From contig CAZWEM010000002.1 of NCBI GenBank assembly GCA_964632315.1, positions 1-64,000 on the forward strand: DNA of 64,000 nt, in the 5' to 3' direction. Made by a program: the position numbers and the translations under genes. This DNA comes from an uncultured archaeon. Lineage in GTDB: Archaea; Asgardarchaeota; Lokiarchaeia; Sigyniarchaeales; SOKP01. The notes beneath the pieces are model-generated. The model was given only the letters and a program-made list of their open reading frames with translations. It made no database searches and was not told the origin of the DNA. Of the stretch, positions 1 to 10,415 are shown piece after piece. The number at the start of each line of letters is the position of its first letter. The first letter of the stretch is position 1.

Positions 1-112
1 GTTTAATTTAAATAAGTTTTTAATAATATTATACAAAGTAAAGTATTTAAATTTCCAAGAGTGAAGTATTGAATTAACTTCCAATAAATAAACTATCGAG
101 TAATTTTCGATC

Positions 113-517
113 ATGAAAGAGGATAATGAAAGCTTGATCATAGAAAATGAAATGCACACTTGGCATTGCCTTAAGCATGATGATATTCGCAATTGTATAG
201 ATGAATGCAGAGTTCAAATGGTTCTAAATTTATTTGGGAAAAAATATATCATGCCCATAATAAGACTTTTACTTATCCACAAAAAAATGAGATTTAATGA
301 GATTTTGGCATCTATTGGAGGAAGTCCTAAGACTATAACCTCACGATTACGCGCATTAGAAAAGCATGGATTGGTTACTCGAACCGTGTTTAAAGAGATA
401 CCTATTCGAGTGGAATATGCATTAACTGAGCGAGGGATAGCTTTAGAAGACATATTTCAAAGAGTTTCTGAATGGGCTTTGCAGTTAAAGCCTAATCAAA
501 TTAAAGCTGATCTTTAA
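113..517 (+). CDS. HxlR-family winged-helix transcriptional regulator
   Basis: C...VLNLFGKKY...RFNEI...SPKTITSRLRALE.HGLV.R...EIPIRVEYALTERG is the HxlR pattern. Confidence 0.9.
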   Translation: MKEDNESLIIENEMHTWHCLKHDDIRNCIDECRVQMVLNLFGKKYIMPIIRLLLIHKKMRFNEILASIGGSPKTITSRLRALEKHGLVTRTVFKEIPIRVEYALTERGIALEDIFQRVSEWALQLKPNQIKADL

Positions 518-718
518 TCTCAATCATCCGATCCATACTTCTCGATGTTATGCTTGATAAGATAAGCGTGAAAATAACAATTTTTAAAAATTTTTATATA
601 AGCTAAATTATCCGGAGCATTTGGAAATTTAGGTGAATTATTAGAAATCATTATTAACCAAGAAATTTAAGTTTATTTATCCAATAATAGTTGCTCATTT
701 GAATTTTTGTGATGAATA

Positions 719-1555
719 ATGTTATCTGATAAGCCTATTTTATCAATTCTTTTTTTAATTGCTACTAATTTGATAATACTCGTTGTTGCTAACGCCATTT
801 CTCTATTAATTCCCGCTATTAATCAAATTGCTTCTCAAGTCATCCAAATCATCATTAAATTCCTATTTTGGTGCATATTAGTGTTTGTAATTGTACCTTT
901 TGGCTATAGGCTTCCAAAGAAATACGAAACGTTCAGAGGTTATGTAGGAGGGATACGTTTAACGACATATAAGCCTTTTTCAAGGATATTATTTTATACC
1001 ATAAGTTGTTATTGTATTTTTGTTATCTTTCAACTTATTGGTTCGCTAATCTATGGTCAATATGAATTCAATATTTCTCGAGTGATTCCACCTCAAACTT
1101 TTGCTCTGTTAGACTTTAATGCAGGCTTATTTGAGGAAATTATGTTTCGCGGGATAATTTTAACCTTATTATTGAGCCATTTTACAGAGAAAAAATCGCT
1201 ATGGATTTCTGCTCTATTTTTTGGAGTTGTTCATTATGCAAATTTACTTGAGGAATTCAATTATGAATTTATCCTCTATACAACTGCTCAAGTTGCATGG
1301 GCAATTGGAATGGGTCTTTTATGGGGGTATTTAGTCATTAAAACGAACTCTCTGGTACCGGGCATCATCTTACATTATTTAAGCAATGCACTTGATTCAC
1401 TATGGCTTTACATACCAACATCATCCATTGAAATAGCCTTAATTTATAAGTTATCATTTGCAAAATTTATCCCGATCATCATATCAATCCTTTGGATCGC
1501 ATTTATTTCAAATAGATCAAAAAAAGCGAACTCTAACAGCTTTCATAAATTCTGA
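719..1555 (+). CDS. CPBP/CAAX (Abi) family intramembrane metalloprotease
   Basis: EEIMFRG, FGVVHY and HYLSN motifs in a multi-TM protein. Confidence 0.9.
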   Translation: MLSDKPILSILFLIATNLIILVVANAISLLIPAINQIASQVIQIIIKFLFWCILVFVIVPFGYRLPKKYETFRGYVGGIRLTTYKPFSRILFYTISCYCIFVIFQLIGSLIYGQYEFNISRVIPPQTFALLDFNAGLFEEIMFRGIILTLLLSHFTEKKSLWISALFFGVVHYANLLEEFNYEFILYTTAQVAWAIGMGLLWGYLVIKTNSLVPGIILHYLSNALDSLWLYIPTSSIEIALIYKLSFAKFIPIIISILWIAFISNRSKKANSNSFHKF

Positions 1556-1800
1556 AATTTATGAAATAGTTAAATCAGTGAAAGGTAAAATAAGAATTGA
1601 TGTGAAAAAATCAACAAAAATTCGAAAATAGTTTAATTCCATTATTAAACCTCACTTCATAGGATCATGTTTTATTAAGTCTATTTTGGAAAATCACCGT
1701 TTTAGTTGTTTTGACAAAAGTGTTTAAAATTCTTGGTTGTTTATTGTTTTAATAATATCCAATAAAAGTATTTTTTATCTAAAATTAAAAGTTAAGAAAG

Positions 1801-2316
1801 GTGAGAAAATTGGGAAAAGGTGGAACTGTTTTAGGAATTATTGGAATACTAATTGGTGCGAGTGGTTTAATTTTTGGAATTTGGATTTGGAGTTCAGGTC
1901 TAAACAATACTAATCTAAATAAAGTTTACTATAGTGAAAATGACGGTCCTTTTTCTATAACTCCTGAGACTACAATATTAGAAATTCCAAACCTTAATGT
2001 TTCATTTTCTTTAGGCTCGGTAGTTTCAGTTTATTTATCTTTTACGTGTCACGCATCAATCGCAGCAACTACGGGGCTAACTAATGCTTTCTTTTTCTTT
2101 GCCATTGATGGTGTAAATTTCGAGACTATATACAATAGAGTTGGAACTCAAAATGGAGGTTCTACTACTATATATTATTTTGCAGTTCACTTGCAACATG
2201 TAATAGAAAACATGGCTGCTGGAAGTCATAATGTCACTGTTAAAGTTTCAAAAGATCACGCATTCGATTGTGAGCTCTCTAAAATGACGCTTTGCGCTCA
2301 AAGTTTTATTCCCTAA
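1801..2316 (+). CDS. Membrane-anchored or secreted protein with a Gly-rich N-terminal TM and a predicted beta-rich domain
   Basis: GTG start; GTVLGIIGILIGASGLIFG hydrophobic segment; same architecture as 12824..13402. Confidence 0.7.
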   Translation: MRKLGKGGTVLGIIGILIGASGLIFGIWIWSSGLNNTNLNKVYYSENDGPFSITPETTILEIPNLNVSFSLGSVVSVYLSFTCHASIAATTGLTNAFFFFAIDGVNFETIYNRVGTQNGGSTTIYYFAVHLQHVIENMAAGSHNVTVKVSKDHAFDCELSKMTLCAQSFIP

Positions 2317-2442
2317 ATGACTCATTATCTAAATTCCCTTTTTTTTTATTAGAATAATTCTAAATATCCTTACTGAAAAAAATCACCATCTGGATATCAG
2401 TTATTTCAAATAAATCATCAAAAATTCAAACGTGATTTGCGT

Positions 2443-2865
2443 CTACCCAAGAAAAATCGCAAACGGATACAAAATCAAATTGTCGATAATAAATTCCACG
2501 ATCACGATTAAGAAGAGAATTATTACATTATCTCGCTTGTTTTCTTTATGGAAGGCTTTAAACAGAAGATATCCAATATAAAGATTAATAAAAAATGATA
2601 TGAGAAAAGCCAAGATTAAATAAATTAGAAAAACCCATGAAGTGAGTAGAGATAATGGAAAAAAGTATACCTGATAGATTAAATCTAAAACAAATAATAA
2701 TGCAAAAAGAATAAGATTCCAAGAAATTATAAGATAAAGGTCAGTTTTAACACTGTAGGTCCATCCTTTCTTTTTTTCCATCCATCGGAGCAGAAGAACT
2801 CCGATTAGTATGAACGTGATGAGTCTTATTACTGAATATATAAAATCTATATCAATTCCCTCCAT
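2443..2865 (-). CDS. Hypothetical membrane protein (about 4 TM)
   Basis: Hydrophobic ORF 27 bp downstream of 2893..4272 on the same strand. Confidence 0.7.
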   Translation of the reverse strand: MEGIDIDFIYSVIRLITFILIGVLLLRWMEKKKGWTYSVKTDLYLIISWNLILFALLFVLDLIYQVYFFPLSLLTSWVFLIYLILAFLISFFINLYIGYLLFKAFHKENKRDNVIILFLIVIVEFIIDNLILYPFAIFLG

Positions 2866-2892
2866 ATCTATTAAATTATTTAATTCACCTTT

Positions 2893-4272
2893 TTAAGGAG
2901 ATTTTACCCCCTTATACGTGCATTTAATGGTATAAAGTGCGAATAACAATAATAAACTTTCAAATGCAAGCATGAAAATCAATTGAATGACCCAGAGCAT
3001 ATCCAAAGATATCAATCCGAGCTGGAATGAGTATCTATTGGATAAGATTCCAAATAGGTAAAGGAACATAGCTCCTGAACTGATGGAACCTAAAGTTACT
3101 GATAAGAGTCGGTTTAGCCTAAATTTAAACCAATAAGCATTAAAATCTTCTGAATCATTAAACTGAGTAAGGATTCTTTGAAATACGTCTTTATTTCTAA
3201 TCTTAAATAAACTATATGAAATAAGTAAAAAGGGTATTAAGTAGGAGATAATTGAATCAACTTGCAAAACCGATGTTCCACGAGTAAAGAAGTCCACGAG
3301 AAAAATGAAACTTAATACACACAAATACATAATAGCGTACGATAGTAACATGATATACCTATTTTTGGTCAATTTAATATGAAACCAAGTGGGATCTCCT
3401 TTCTCTATTTTAATATTTTTTTCTCTTTTTTTTAGAAAATAACTGAAACTCAAGAATGATGATGAGCCAATTAAAATAATGATGACATTTATAAAGTCAT
3501 TTAATTGAAAGATATTCTTTGTTTGAGGGTATAATTCAAACAAGATGGGTATATCAGTAAATATGACGAATAGATGTGCAATTAACCTTAATAAATAGAG
3601 AATAAGTATTACAAATGAGATAATAAAGATGAATACCCCCAAATTGCTTGCAGTTCTTACTTGATTAGCAGGAGATTTTTTTCCTCTTCTCGTTGCAATG
3701 ACACTATATAAGCACACGATAAAAAATAATCCATCAAGAATAAAAGGTGCACTGTTTAATAAAACTTCATTATAATAAAAGGAATAGTTACCTACAGGGA
3801 TGAATAGAAGGTGGTTATAGAAATCCATGAATGGATCCAAATTAATTCCTAATATCCTTATAATGAGAAAGGGAATTCCCATTATTGACAAACTAAAAAT
3901 AAAAATTGCTTGGCCATGACTTAACTTTAAACCAAACCATTTGACAATTCTGTCTTGGGGGATACTATTGGATTTCTGGGCGCCCTCCCCCCTTAATCCT
4001 GGTATTAACCTCCAAACAGTAATGAAACTTAGGATGAAAAAAAAGCTATACAATATGATGTTAGCGATAGTAGGGACAAGTTGGTAATATAAATAATCAA
4101 TAAATAAGCTTTGAATCAAATTACCAAATATCTCTCCCCCTAAAAAAGGTGGTATCAAAAATAGTCCTATCAATGCGAACAATAAAATAATAATACCTTG
4201 AGCTTGATTGAGTTCAAATCGAAATAAAGTAATTGCTTGATTATCTTGCTTCAAATCATAATCATCTAGCAT
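2893..4272 (-). CDS. Polytopic membrane protein with internal WFxxxL repeats
   Basis: Repeated LFRFELNQAQ / WFGLKLSHGQ / WFHIKLTKNR / WFKFRLNRLL before TM segments; paralog of 18311..19768. Confidence 0.75.
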   Translation of the reverse strand: MLDDYDLKQDNQAITLFRFELNQAQGIIILLFALIGLFLIPPFLGGEIFGNLIQSLFIDYLYYQLVPTIANIILYSFFFILSFITVWRLIPGLRGEGAQKSNSIPQDRIVKWFGLKLSHGQAIFIFSLSIMGIPFLIIRILGINLDPFMDFYNHLLFIPVGNYSFYYNEVLLNSAPFILDGLFFIVCLYSVIATRRGKKSPANQVRTASNLGVFIFIISFVILILYLLRLIAHLFVIFTDIPILFELYPQTKNIFQLNDFINVIIILIGSSSFLSFSYFLKKREKNIKIEKGDPTWFHIKLTKNRYIMLLSYAIMYLCVLSFIFLVDFFTRGTSVLQVDSIISYLIPFLLISYSLFKIRNKDVFQRILTQFNDSEDFNAYWFKFRLNRLLSVTLGSISSGAMFLYLFGILSNRYSFQLGLISLDMLWVIQLIFMLAFESLLLLFALYTIKCTYKGVKSP

Positions 4273-4477
4273 GTATAGTCATCCTTATTTTGTACATTTG
4301 GTATTTAAGAATAGTATATTCGAAATTTGTTTATAAAGCTACTCAACAACATGATGCTTTAAATGACAATGATCTTGTCTTTTATAGCATGATTAGTGAT
4401 AAATCATAATAAAGACTAAAAACCATAGATATAACATATATAAATAGAAATATTTCCATGACAAATTTCCGATTAAA

Positions 4478-4942
4478 ATGAAATCATTTAATGAATTATC
4501 ACAGAAATATGGGTTGGATGACTTCGAATCTGAATTTAGATTGAAGGGTCATCAGAAAGTAGATTTTTATAATGACTTGCTCAACATGTTAAGCACAATT
4601 TGCAGGCTTTTTGACATTCTTAGTACCACTTTTTCATTACGGGCGGATCAAGTTCTAATGAGTTTGGCAAAACTACAAAGTACTGAGGAAATCATAACTA
4701 AGACAGATATAATGAACAGTTTAGACCTAGATCGTCGTGAAAAACTACTTCATGCTTTCGATACCCTAAAAGATCTTAATCTGATTAAAATCCATAAAAA
4801 AACGAGTAAATTTCACATGGTAAAACTAAATGAAGAAGATAATCCAGATTTTAAATTATTTCGGGAAATAGTGGAAAAATTTTGGACCTCTCCTCAGGAG
4901 GAGAAGGAAAAAATAGAACGATGGAGGGAAGGAAATGAATAA
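4478..4942 (+). CDS. Hypothetical protein with a probable winged-helix domain
   Basis: ITKTDIMNSL...LLHAFDTLKDLNLIKI..wing-like segment. Confidence 0.6.
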   Translation: MKSFNELSQKYGLDDFESEFRLKGHQKVDFYNDLLNMLSTICRLFDILSTTFSLRADQVLMSLAKLQSTEEIITKTDIMNSLDLDRREKLLHAFDTLKDLNLIKIHKKTSKFHMVKLNEEDNPDFKLFREIVEKFWTSPQEEKEKIERWREGNE

Positions 4943-5777
4943 TACTGAAGATTTGAGTGACCTTGACGAGAACGATCAAGATTCTCTCCATTTAATTGCT
5001 AACATTAAAGAAGAATTTGTAAAAAAATTGCTGAAAAATTGTTTAATCTTCGGGATTTTAGGTATCTTATTGGTAAGTTCTCTGTTTTTAAGGTTTATTG
5101 TATTAAATGATGTATTTCAAGTTATAATCATTTTAATTAATATATTTCTCGCTATTTTCTTTGTCATTGAATATATTACCTTATTTACTTATCGTAAAAT
5201 GTCACCGAGTTTAATTTCTTTCCTTATTCACGAATTAGATCCATTGGGATATAAAGTAGAAAAGAAATTTCATCATAAGCTACGAAATTTCTTCATTTTC
5301 ACTCCCTATTTTATATTCATTTTACTTATAAATATCAGATTATCGTTTATTGCGAACGATTTGGTTATTTCTGTTTTATTGAGAATTTTTATAATATATA
5401 TCCTAATTTTTTTAATCATTCCGATAATAACGGGAAGATTAAATGATTACCTTGTTATTTACTTACCATCAGGTTATTATATTGCCATCTTTTTGAAAAT
5501 AGATTTGTTCAAGCATAGATTTCTCGATTCTAATCTTATTAAAGTTACCATGAAATCAAGTCAATTATTCTCGGGAGGGAATGATCAGAAACTAGAAAGA
5601 TTTAGAGATATTAATGAAAAACGGAGGTTAAAAAAATCAAGTAAACTTGAAAGAAAGAGTATCAAATTTAACCCTAAATATTATTTTAATGAGACATCCA
5701 CAATAATTAATTATAAGGATCGATTTATTAATATCGTGTCAGCTATTAGAGAGTGGGACCAATGTAATGAACATTAA
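4935..5777 (+). CDS. Hypothetical membrane protein
   Basis: Four hydrophobic segments; overlaps the upstream gene by 8 bp. Confidence 0.7.
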   Translation: MNNTEDLSDLDENDQDSLHLIANIKEEFVKKLLKNCLIFGILGILLVSSLFLRFIVLNDVFQVIIILINIFLAIFFVIEYITLFTYRKMSPSLISFLIHELDPLGYKVEKKFHHKLRNFFIFTPYFIFILLINIRLSFIANDLVISVLLRIFIIYILIFLIIPIITGRLNDYLVIYLPSGYYIAIFLKIDLFKHRFLDSNLIKVTMKSSQLFSGGNDQKLERFRDINEKRRLKKSSKLERKSIKFNPKYYFNETSTIINYKDRFINIVSAIREWDQCNEH

Positions 5778-5912
5778 TAATTCTAACCATGAATGAATCT
5801 AATTGTTCTTAATTTTGGAATGAAAGTATGATCAAAAACGTGTAAAAAAAAGTGAGATGATCATTGGGATAGCTTTAAACCATTCCTTTATATTTTCATT
5901 AACAATTAAGCT

Positions 5913-6350
5913 TCAATGGAACTCTATAACTTTTCTAACTTCACTCAAAAGGAGCACTAATCCTACAAATGTTCCATTCATTATAAGGAACAATGGAAAG
6001 TTATAAATAAAAATTTGCGTTCTTAGTCCAGCATTGCTCATGAACTCTAATCCTCCTCCAGATAATTCAAAATAAAAAATATTCGATCCGTAAAAATAGT
6101 GAGGTGGAAACACAGCGGATGTTGAGATTCCCCAGGATAAGGTTAGAGGATAAGATAAAGGTAGAAATCCTGAAACATCCCCATAAGTTTTTGGGGAATC
6201 AGTGATAGTTATGGAGAGAGTTGTAATAATGAGGATTAATAAAAATTGAAATAGTATCTTGAAACTTAATCTAAGAGGATACTTAATTCGGTGGAGCCAG
6301 CGCTCGGAATAAATCCATAATAGCATGCCAAGGATTGCACTCAAAAACAT
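5913..6350 (-). CDS. Membrane protein, tandem paralog A
   Basis: Shares YGDVSxFLPLSYPLTLSWGIS and PLFLIMNGT with 6574..7044. Confidence 0.8.
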   Translation of the reverse strand: MFLSAILGMLLWIYSERWLHRIKYPLRLSFKILFQFLLILIITTLSITITDSPKTYGDVSGFLPLSYPLTLSWGISTSAVFPPHYFYGSNIFYFELSGGGLEFMSNAGLRTQIFIYNFPLFLIMNGTFVGLVLLLSEVRKVIEFH

Positions 6351-6573
6351 CAGATATCCACATCAAATGCAAACCAAAGTATATATAAAAAACTTATTAT
6401 TAGGAGTAGGGGAAAGATCACGGAGGATCCTCATTTTTCGATTTTATTCTAGTTCCAAGTGAATTCTTAAAAAACAAAAATTCATAGTGATTTATTGCAA
6501 ATAAACTGGTGAAGATTCTTTATTTTCCATAATTTTTCATGTTTATTTTTATTAAAGCAAGTCCCAATGAGAC

Positions 6574-7044
6574 TCAGAGTTTCTGATTATTTGGCATTGT
6601 CTTTATCCAATGAGATTTTAAAAACTTCTTAAATTCGCTCAAAAGAAGCACAAATCCAACAATGGTTCCATTCATAATGAGGAATAATGGAAGGTTATCG
6701 ATAAAGATTTGAACTCTTAATCCAAAGTCATTCATGTAATTCAAACCTCTTCCGGACATCTCAAACCAATAAATATTTCGGGTGTAATAATGGTATGGTG
6801 GAAATACTAAGAAATTTGAAATGCCCCATGACAAGGTTAGTGGATATGATAAGGGTAAGAACTGTGAAACATCTCCATACGATTCTGGGGAAATAACTAT
6901 GGTGGTGGAGAGTATTGAAATAACCATGACTAATGAAAATTGAATAAACAACATTATACCTAATTTAAATGGATATTTGAATCGATAGAACCAGCGTTCA
7001 GAATAAACCCATAGAAACAAGCATAAGCCGGCACTTAAAAACAT
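6574..7044 (-). CDS. Membrane protein, tandem paralog B
   Basis: Colinear with 5913..6350. Confidence 0.8.
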   Translation of the reverse strand: MFLSAGLCLFLWVYSERWFYRFKYPFKLGIMLFIQFSLVMVISILSTTIVISPESYGDVSQFLPLSYPLTLSWGISNFLVFPPYHYYTRNIYWFEMSGRGLNYMNDFGLRVQIFIDNLPLFLIMNGTIVGFVLLLSEFKKFLKSHWIKTMPNNQKL

Positions 7045-7180
7045 GAAATCATCTCATCATTGATTAACCAAAGTATAAATATATATCTTATTCTCTGTTA
7101 TTCTTGGATATAAACACAGATCACAAATTTCTCTATTTTCAATGTAATTTTCTTGGAAACTTGGAATCACTAAACTTGTT

Positions 7181-7209
7181 AGTAAAGAATAAAAGTAAAG
7201 AATTCTTTA
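7181..7209. promoter_or_regulatory. Putative vapBC autoregulatory operator
   Basis: Direct repeat AGTAAAGAAT (7181, 7194) overlapping the perfect palindrome TAAAGAATTCTTTA (7196-7209), just upstream of the antitoxin. Confidence 0.5.
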
Positions 7210-7227
7210 TGATATTGTAATACTTAA

Positions 7228-7476
7228 TTGAGAGTGAAATATTTGATAGTAGGAACGTCATTAATAAGTGAAAAAGGGCAAATTACCATTCCTAAAGAAA
7301 TTAGAGACAAGTTAGGAATTGTTCAAGGTGATCGTCTAGTTTTTGATTTGAGAGGGGATACCATTATTGTTAAGAAAGTAAGCAGCACTAATCTTTCAGA
7401 GATATTGGATAATCAGAAAGCCTGGTCAAAATCAAGTATAGAATTTCAAAAAGAGCTAAGAGAAGAATGGGAATGA
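7228..7476 (+). CDS. vapB: AbrB/MazE/SpoVT-family antitoxin
   Basis: ISEKGQITIPKEIRDKLGIVQGDRL motif; overlaps the PIN gene. Confidence 0.9.
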   Translation: MRVKYLIVGTSLISEKGQITIPKEIRDKLGIVQGDRLVFDLRGDTIIVKKVSSTNLSEILDNQKAWSKSSIEFQKELREEWE

Positions 7477-7919
7477 AATTAGCAGTAGATACAAACATTT
7501 TCTTAAATGTAAAAAATAAAGAAGAGCCCTTTTATGAATTTTCAAAAGCAATTTTGGCTACAATAGATGACCAAGATACCAAATATCAAGCAATAGTTTC
7601 AATTATCGTCATAACTGAATTATCGATTGGTTATTATATTAACAACGAGATATTGGAAAAGAATCAATTTCTTTCTGGGCTTTATTCAAATAAAAAATAT
7701 AAAATTTTAGATTTGAATCGAGATCTAGCTGACAAATCTGCAGAAATACGCTCTAAGATTAGTTTGAAGTTGCCTGATTGTATAATTCTCGCCTCAGCTT
7801 TAATTGAAAACGCGGAAGTGATTATCACAAACGATTCTGGTTTTGATAGAGCTAGAGAATTGATAAAAGTTTATAATTCACAAGAATTTTTCGAGGAATA
7901 CATTCAAGGAGAAAATTAG
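7467..7919 (+). CDS. vapC: PIN-domain (VapC) toxin
   Basis: VDTNIF, TEL, LPDCIILASA, ITNDSGF acidic PIN motifs. Confidence 0.9.
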   Translation: MGMKLAVDTNIFLNVKNKEEPFYEFSKAILATIDDQDTKYQAIVSIIVITELSIGYYINNEILEKNQFLSGLYSNKKYKILDLNRDLADKSAEIRSKISLKLPDCIILASALIENAEVIITNDSGFDRARELIKVYNSQEFFEEYIQGEN

Positions 7920-8080
7920 AAATAGGTTCGAATTGGATCATATTTCAGGTCATTATAGTTTTGCAAGCTATAACTACTTGAATATTTTAACATTTTGTAC
8001 CAAACTTTTCCAATTTTATACTTCTCGATACAATCCATATTTTCTTGAAACAGTTATATTAGTGAAAATTCAAATAAGTA

Positions 8081-10261
8081 TTGATGCGAAAAGAAACAAG
8101 AAATGAACGCAGAAAACCTAAGATGAAAAATCTCGTACATCTAATTCTATACTTTTTTTTCATCATTGGAGTTTACACTACGACGACATTTTTCTTTAGT
8201 TTCATTGGGCTTATTATAGGTCTCGTTTATTTTGTATTTATTCCCGATAGACTGATAAAACAGCTAGGTATTTTATTATCGTTGACTGCTGCAATAAGCA
8301 CAATAATTATCATGACCATGGCACGATCAAATGCTTCTGGAGCTCCAGCAGTGTCAACAGTATATATTGCTCTCATACTTGGACCTGCTACTATAGTAGC
8401 TTATTCAATAGGTTTCATAATTTGGAGAAAAATAACGAGAAAAAGAAAAATTTCTCTCCCAATTTTTACAAGAGTTAAGGGATTTAATAAAAAATTATCT
8501 AAAAACACTAAAAGGACATTGAAAATTCTTTTCATTTTGATACCTAGCATTTCTTGGGGGAGCGTAAACATGGATCTTAGCGTGATGATTGACAATGAAG
8601 CTCGCTTAATATGGGTTCATGCTCCTTCTACGGCCCAAATTGGATCACTCATCAAGGTAGATGTAGAAGCATGGGACGCTTATGAACGACTAAGCGCAAC
8701 ATATAAGGGTACGGTTGATTTTTCCATGACATCCTATAACTTATCGAATTTTGTTTTATTAAATGACGTTAACACGACCCTTCCTAACACGTATACATTC
8801 ACGGGACAAACTTTTGGTTCAGATACTGCCTACGAAATACGTGATGGTAAGGATAACGGATTACATTCTTTTAATTTGAGGATCAATACAATCGGCCTTC
8901 ACTATCTTTTAATTTCTGATTCTTTTACTGGAAATACCTATTGGAGTAATCCAATATTTGTCAATAATTATACAAATAATCGAGATCAAATTTACTGGGG
9001 GGATATTCATGGTCATTCTGGGTTCTCTGATGGTTCTGGAAGTCCTGAGCATCATTATTATTATGCAAAGAATGTTGCGTGTTTAGACTTCAATGCTTTA
9101 ACGGATCACGGAGAATTAGCGGGACTTATCATCGGGGGATTAGACCATTTAGAGAAAACTACTAATGAAGCGTATGAGCCAGGAAGTTTCGTCACTTTTC
9201 CCGGAATTGAATGGACGAACACACAGACAGGGCATTACACGTGCATATTTTCTGGAGATAAGTTAATCAAGCAACCCGTGTTATCGTACATGGTCATACC
9301 AAGAATCCAGCAATTATGGAATGCATTAGATGAATTTACTGCGATTACTGGTTGCAAAGCTTTAGCATTACCTCATCACACTACCAAGGAAGAATACATT
9401 CAAGACTGGACTTTAATTAATCCTAAATACGTTAAAATTGCAGAAGTGTGTTCTACTCACGGTGAATGTTTATTTGAGCAGCGAGACCCTTATAACTATG
9501 TAGGATGTGGGGATCCGCCCCCAGACTTTACTTATGGATCGGCAATCATGGACGCATTTAAGATGGGATGTAAAATGACATTATATGCATCAAGTGATCA
9601 ACATGACGGTCATCCAGGACATTCCTTAAGTCATACAAATGCGTATATTGGTCATCAAAGTCCTTTGACCATTTGGCCTAATCGAGTTGATTTACCATAT
9701 CCGGGTGGATTAACCGCAGTATTTGCATCCAATCTAACCAGAGAATCAATATTCTCAGGATTATATGATCAACGAATCTATGCGAGTTCAGATCATGGTC
9801 GTCCCTTTCTCTCTTTCAGCATCAATGGTACTCGTGTTGGGGGCAATTCAACACTTTTTCTAACGAATCCCACCGTGCATCGAGAATTAAACATTCTTTT
9901 TGCCCAAGATGGCGCTCCTGCAGCTAACAAACGACCTAATGCTGCAAGAGTTACTTCAGATTGGCAGCCAAATTGGAAAGCTCGAATAGAAATTTTTAAA
10001 AATGGGATTTTATATTATAATCAAGTTATTGATACCCCAATTGCTAATATTACACTTTTAGACACGGATTTGATTACAGGTACATCTTTTACAGATCATT
10101 GCATACGAAAATCAGATGGAAACTATTATATTAATAATTACAGTGACACTCCGATCGATCCAAATCTTTTAACTACGGGTGGAGCAGATTTTTATGTACT
10201 CCGGATTGTCGGGGATAATGGCCGATATTGCTACGCAGGACCAATATGGGTCGAATGTTAG
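8081..10261 (+). CDS. Membrane-anchored PHP/DUF3604-like metallohydrolase
   Basis: N-terminal TMs; WGDIHGHSGFSDG, LTDH, GIEWT, PHH, SSDQHDGHPG; real start probably ATG at 8123. Confidence 0.8.
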   Translation: MMRKETRNERRKPKMKNLVHLILYFFFIIGVYTTTTFFFSFIGLIIGLVYFVFIPDRLIKQLGILLSLTAAISTIIIMTMARSNASGAPAVSTVYIALILGPATIVAYSIGFIIWRKITRKRKISLPIFTRVKGFNKKLSKNTKRTLKILFILIPSISWGSVNMDLSVMIDNEARLIWVHAPSTAQIGSLIKVDVEAWDAYERLSATYKGTVDFSMTSYNLSNFVLLNDVNTTLPNTYTFTGQTFGSDTAYEIRDGKDNGLHSFNLRINTIGLHYLLISDSFTGNTYWSNPIFVNNYTNNRDQIYWGDIHGHSGFSDGSGSPEHHYYYAKNVACLDFNALTDHGELAGLIIGGLDHLEKTTNEAYEPGSFVTFPGIEWTNTQTGHYTCIFSGDKLIKQPVLSYMVIPRIQQLWNALDEFTAITGCKALALPHHTTKEEYIQDWTLINPKYVKIAEVCSTHGECLFEQRDPYNYVGCGDPPPDFTYGSAIMDAFKMGCKMTLYASSDQHDGHPGHSLSHTNAYIGHQSPLTIWPNRVDLPYPGGLTAVFASNLTRESIFSGLYDQRIYASSDHGRPFLSFSINGTRVGGNSTLFLTNPTVHRELNILFAQDGAPAANKRPNAARVTSDWQPNWKARIEIFKNGILYYNQVIDTPIANITLLDTDLITGTSFTDHCIRKSDGNYYINNYSDTPIDPNLLTTGGADFYVLRIVGDNGRYCYAGPIWVEC

Positions 10262-10415
10262 CATTTTTTGAAATAAAGAATTTTTTAAGAAGAATAAATA
10301 ATAATTTTCAAAATGACTACATGATGATCCAAAGACTATAATAACATGAGAATTATTATACAAAAAGGAAAGAAAGAGTTATTTGAAACAAGTTTAAAAA
10401 AAATTAACATTTGGA

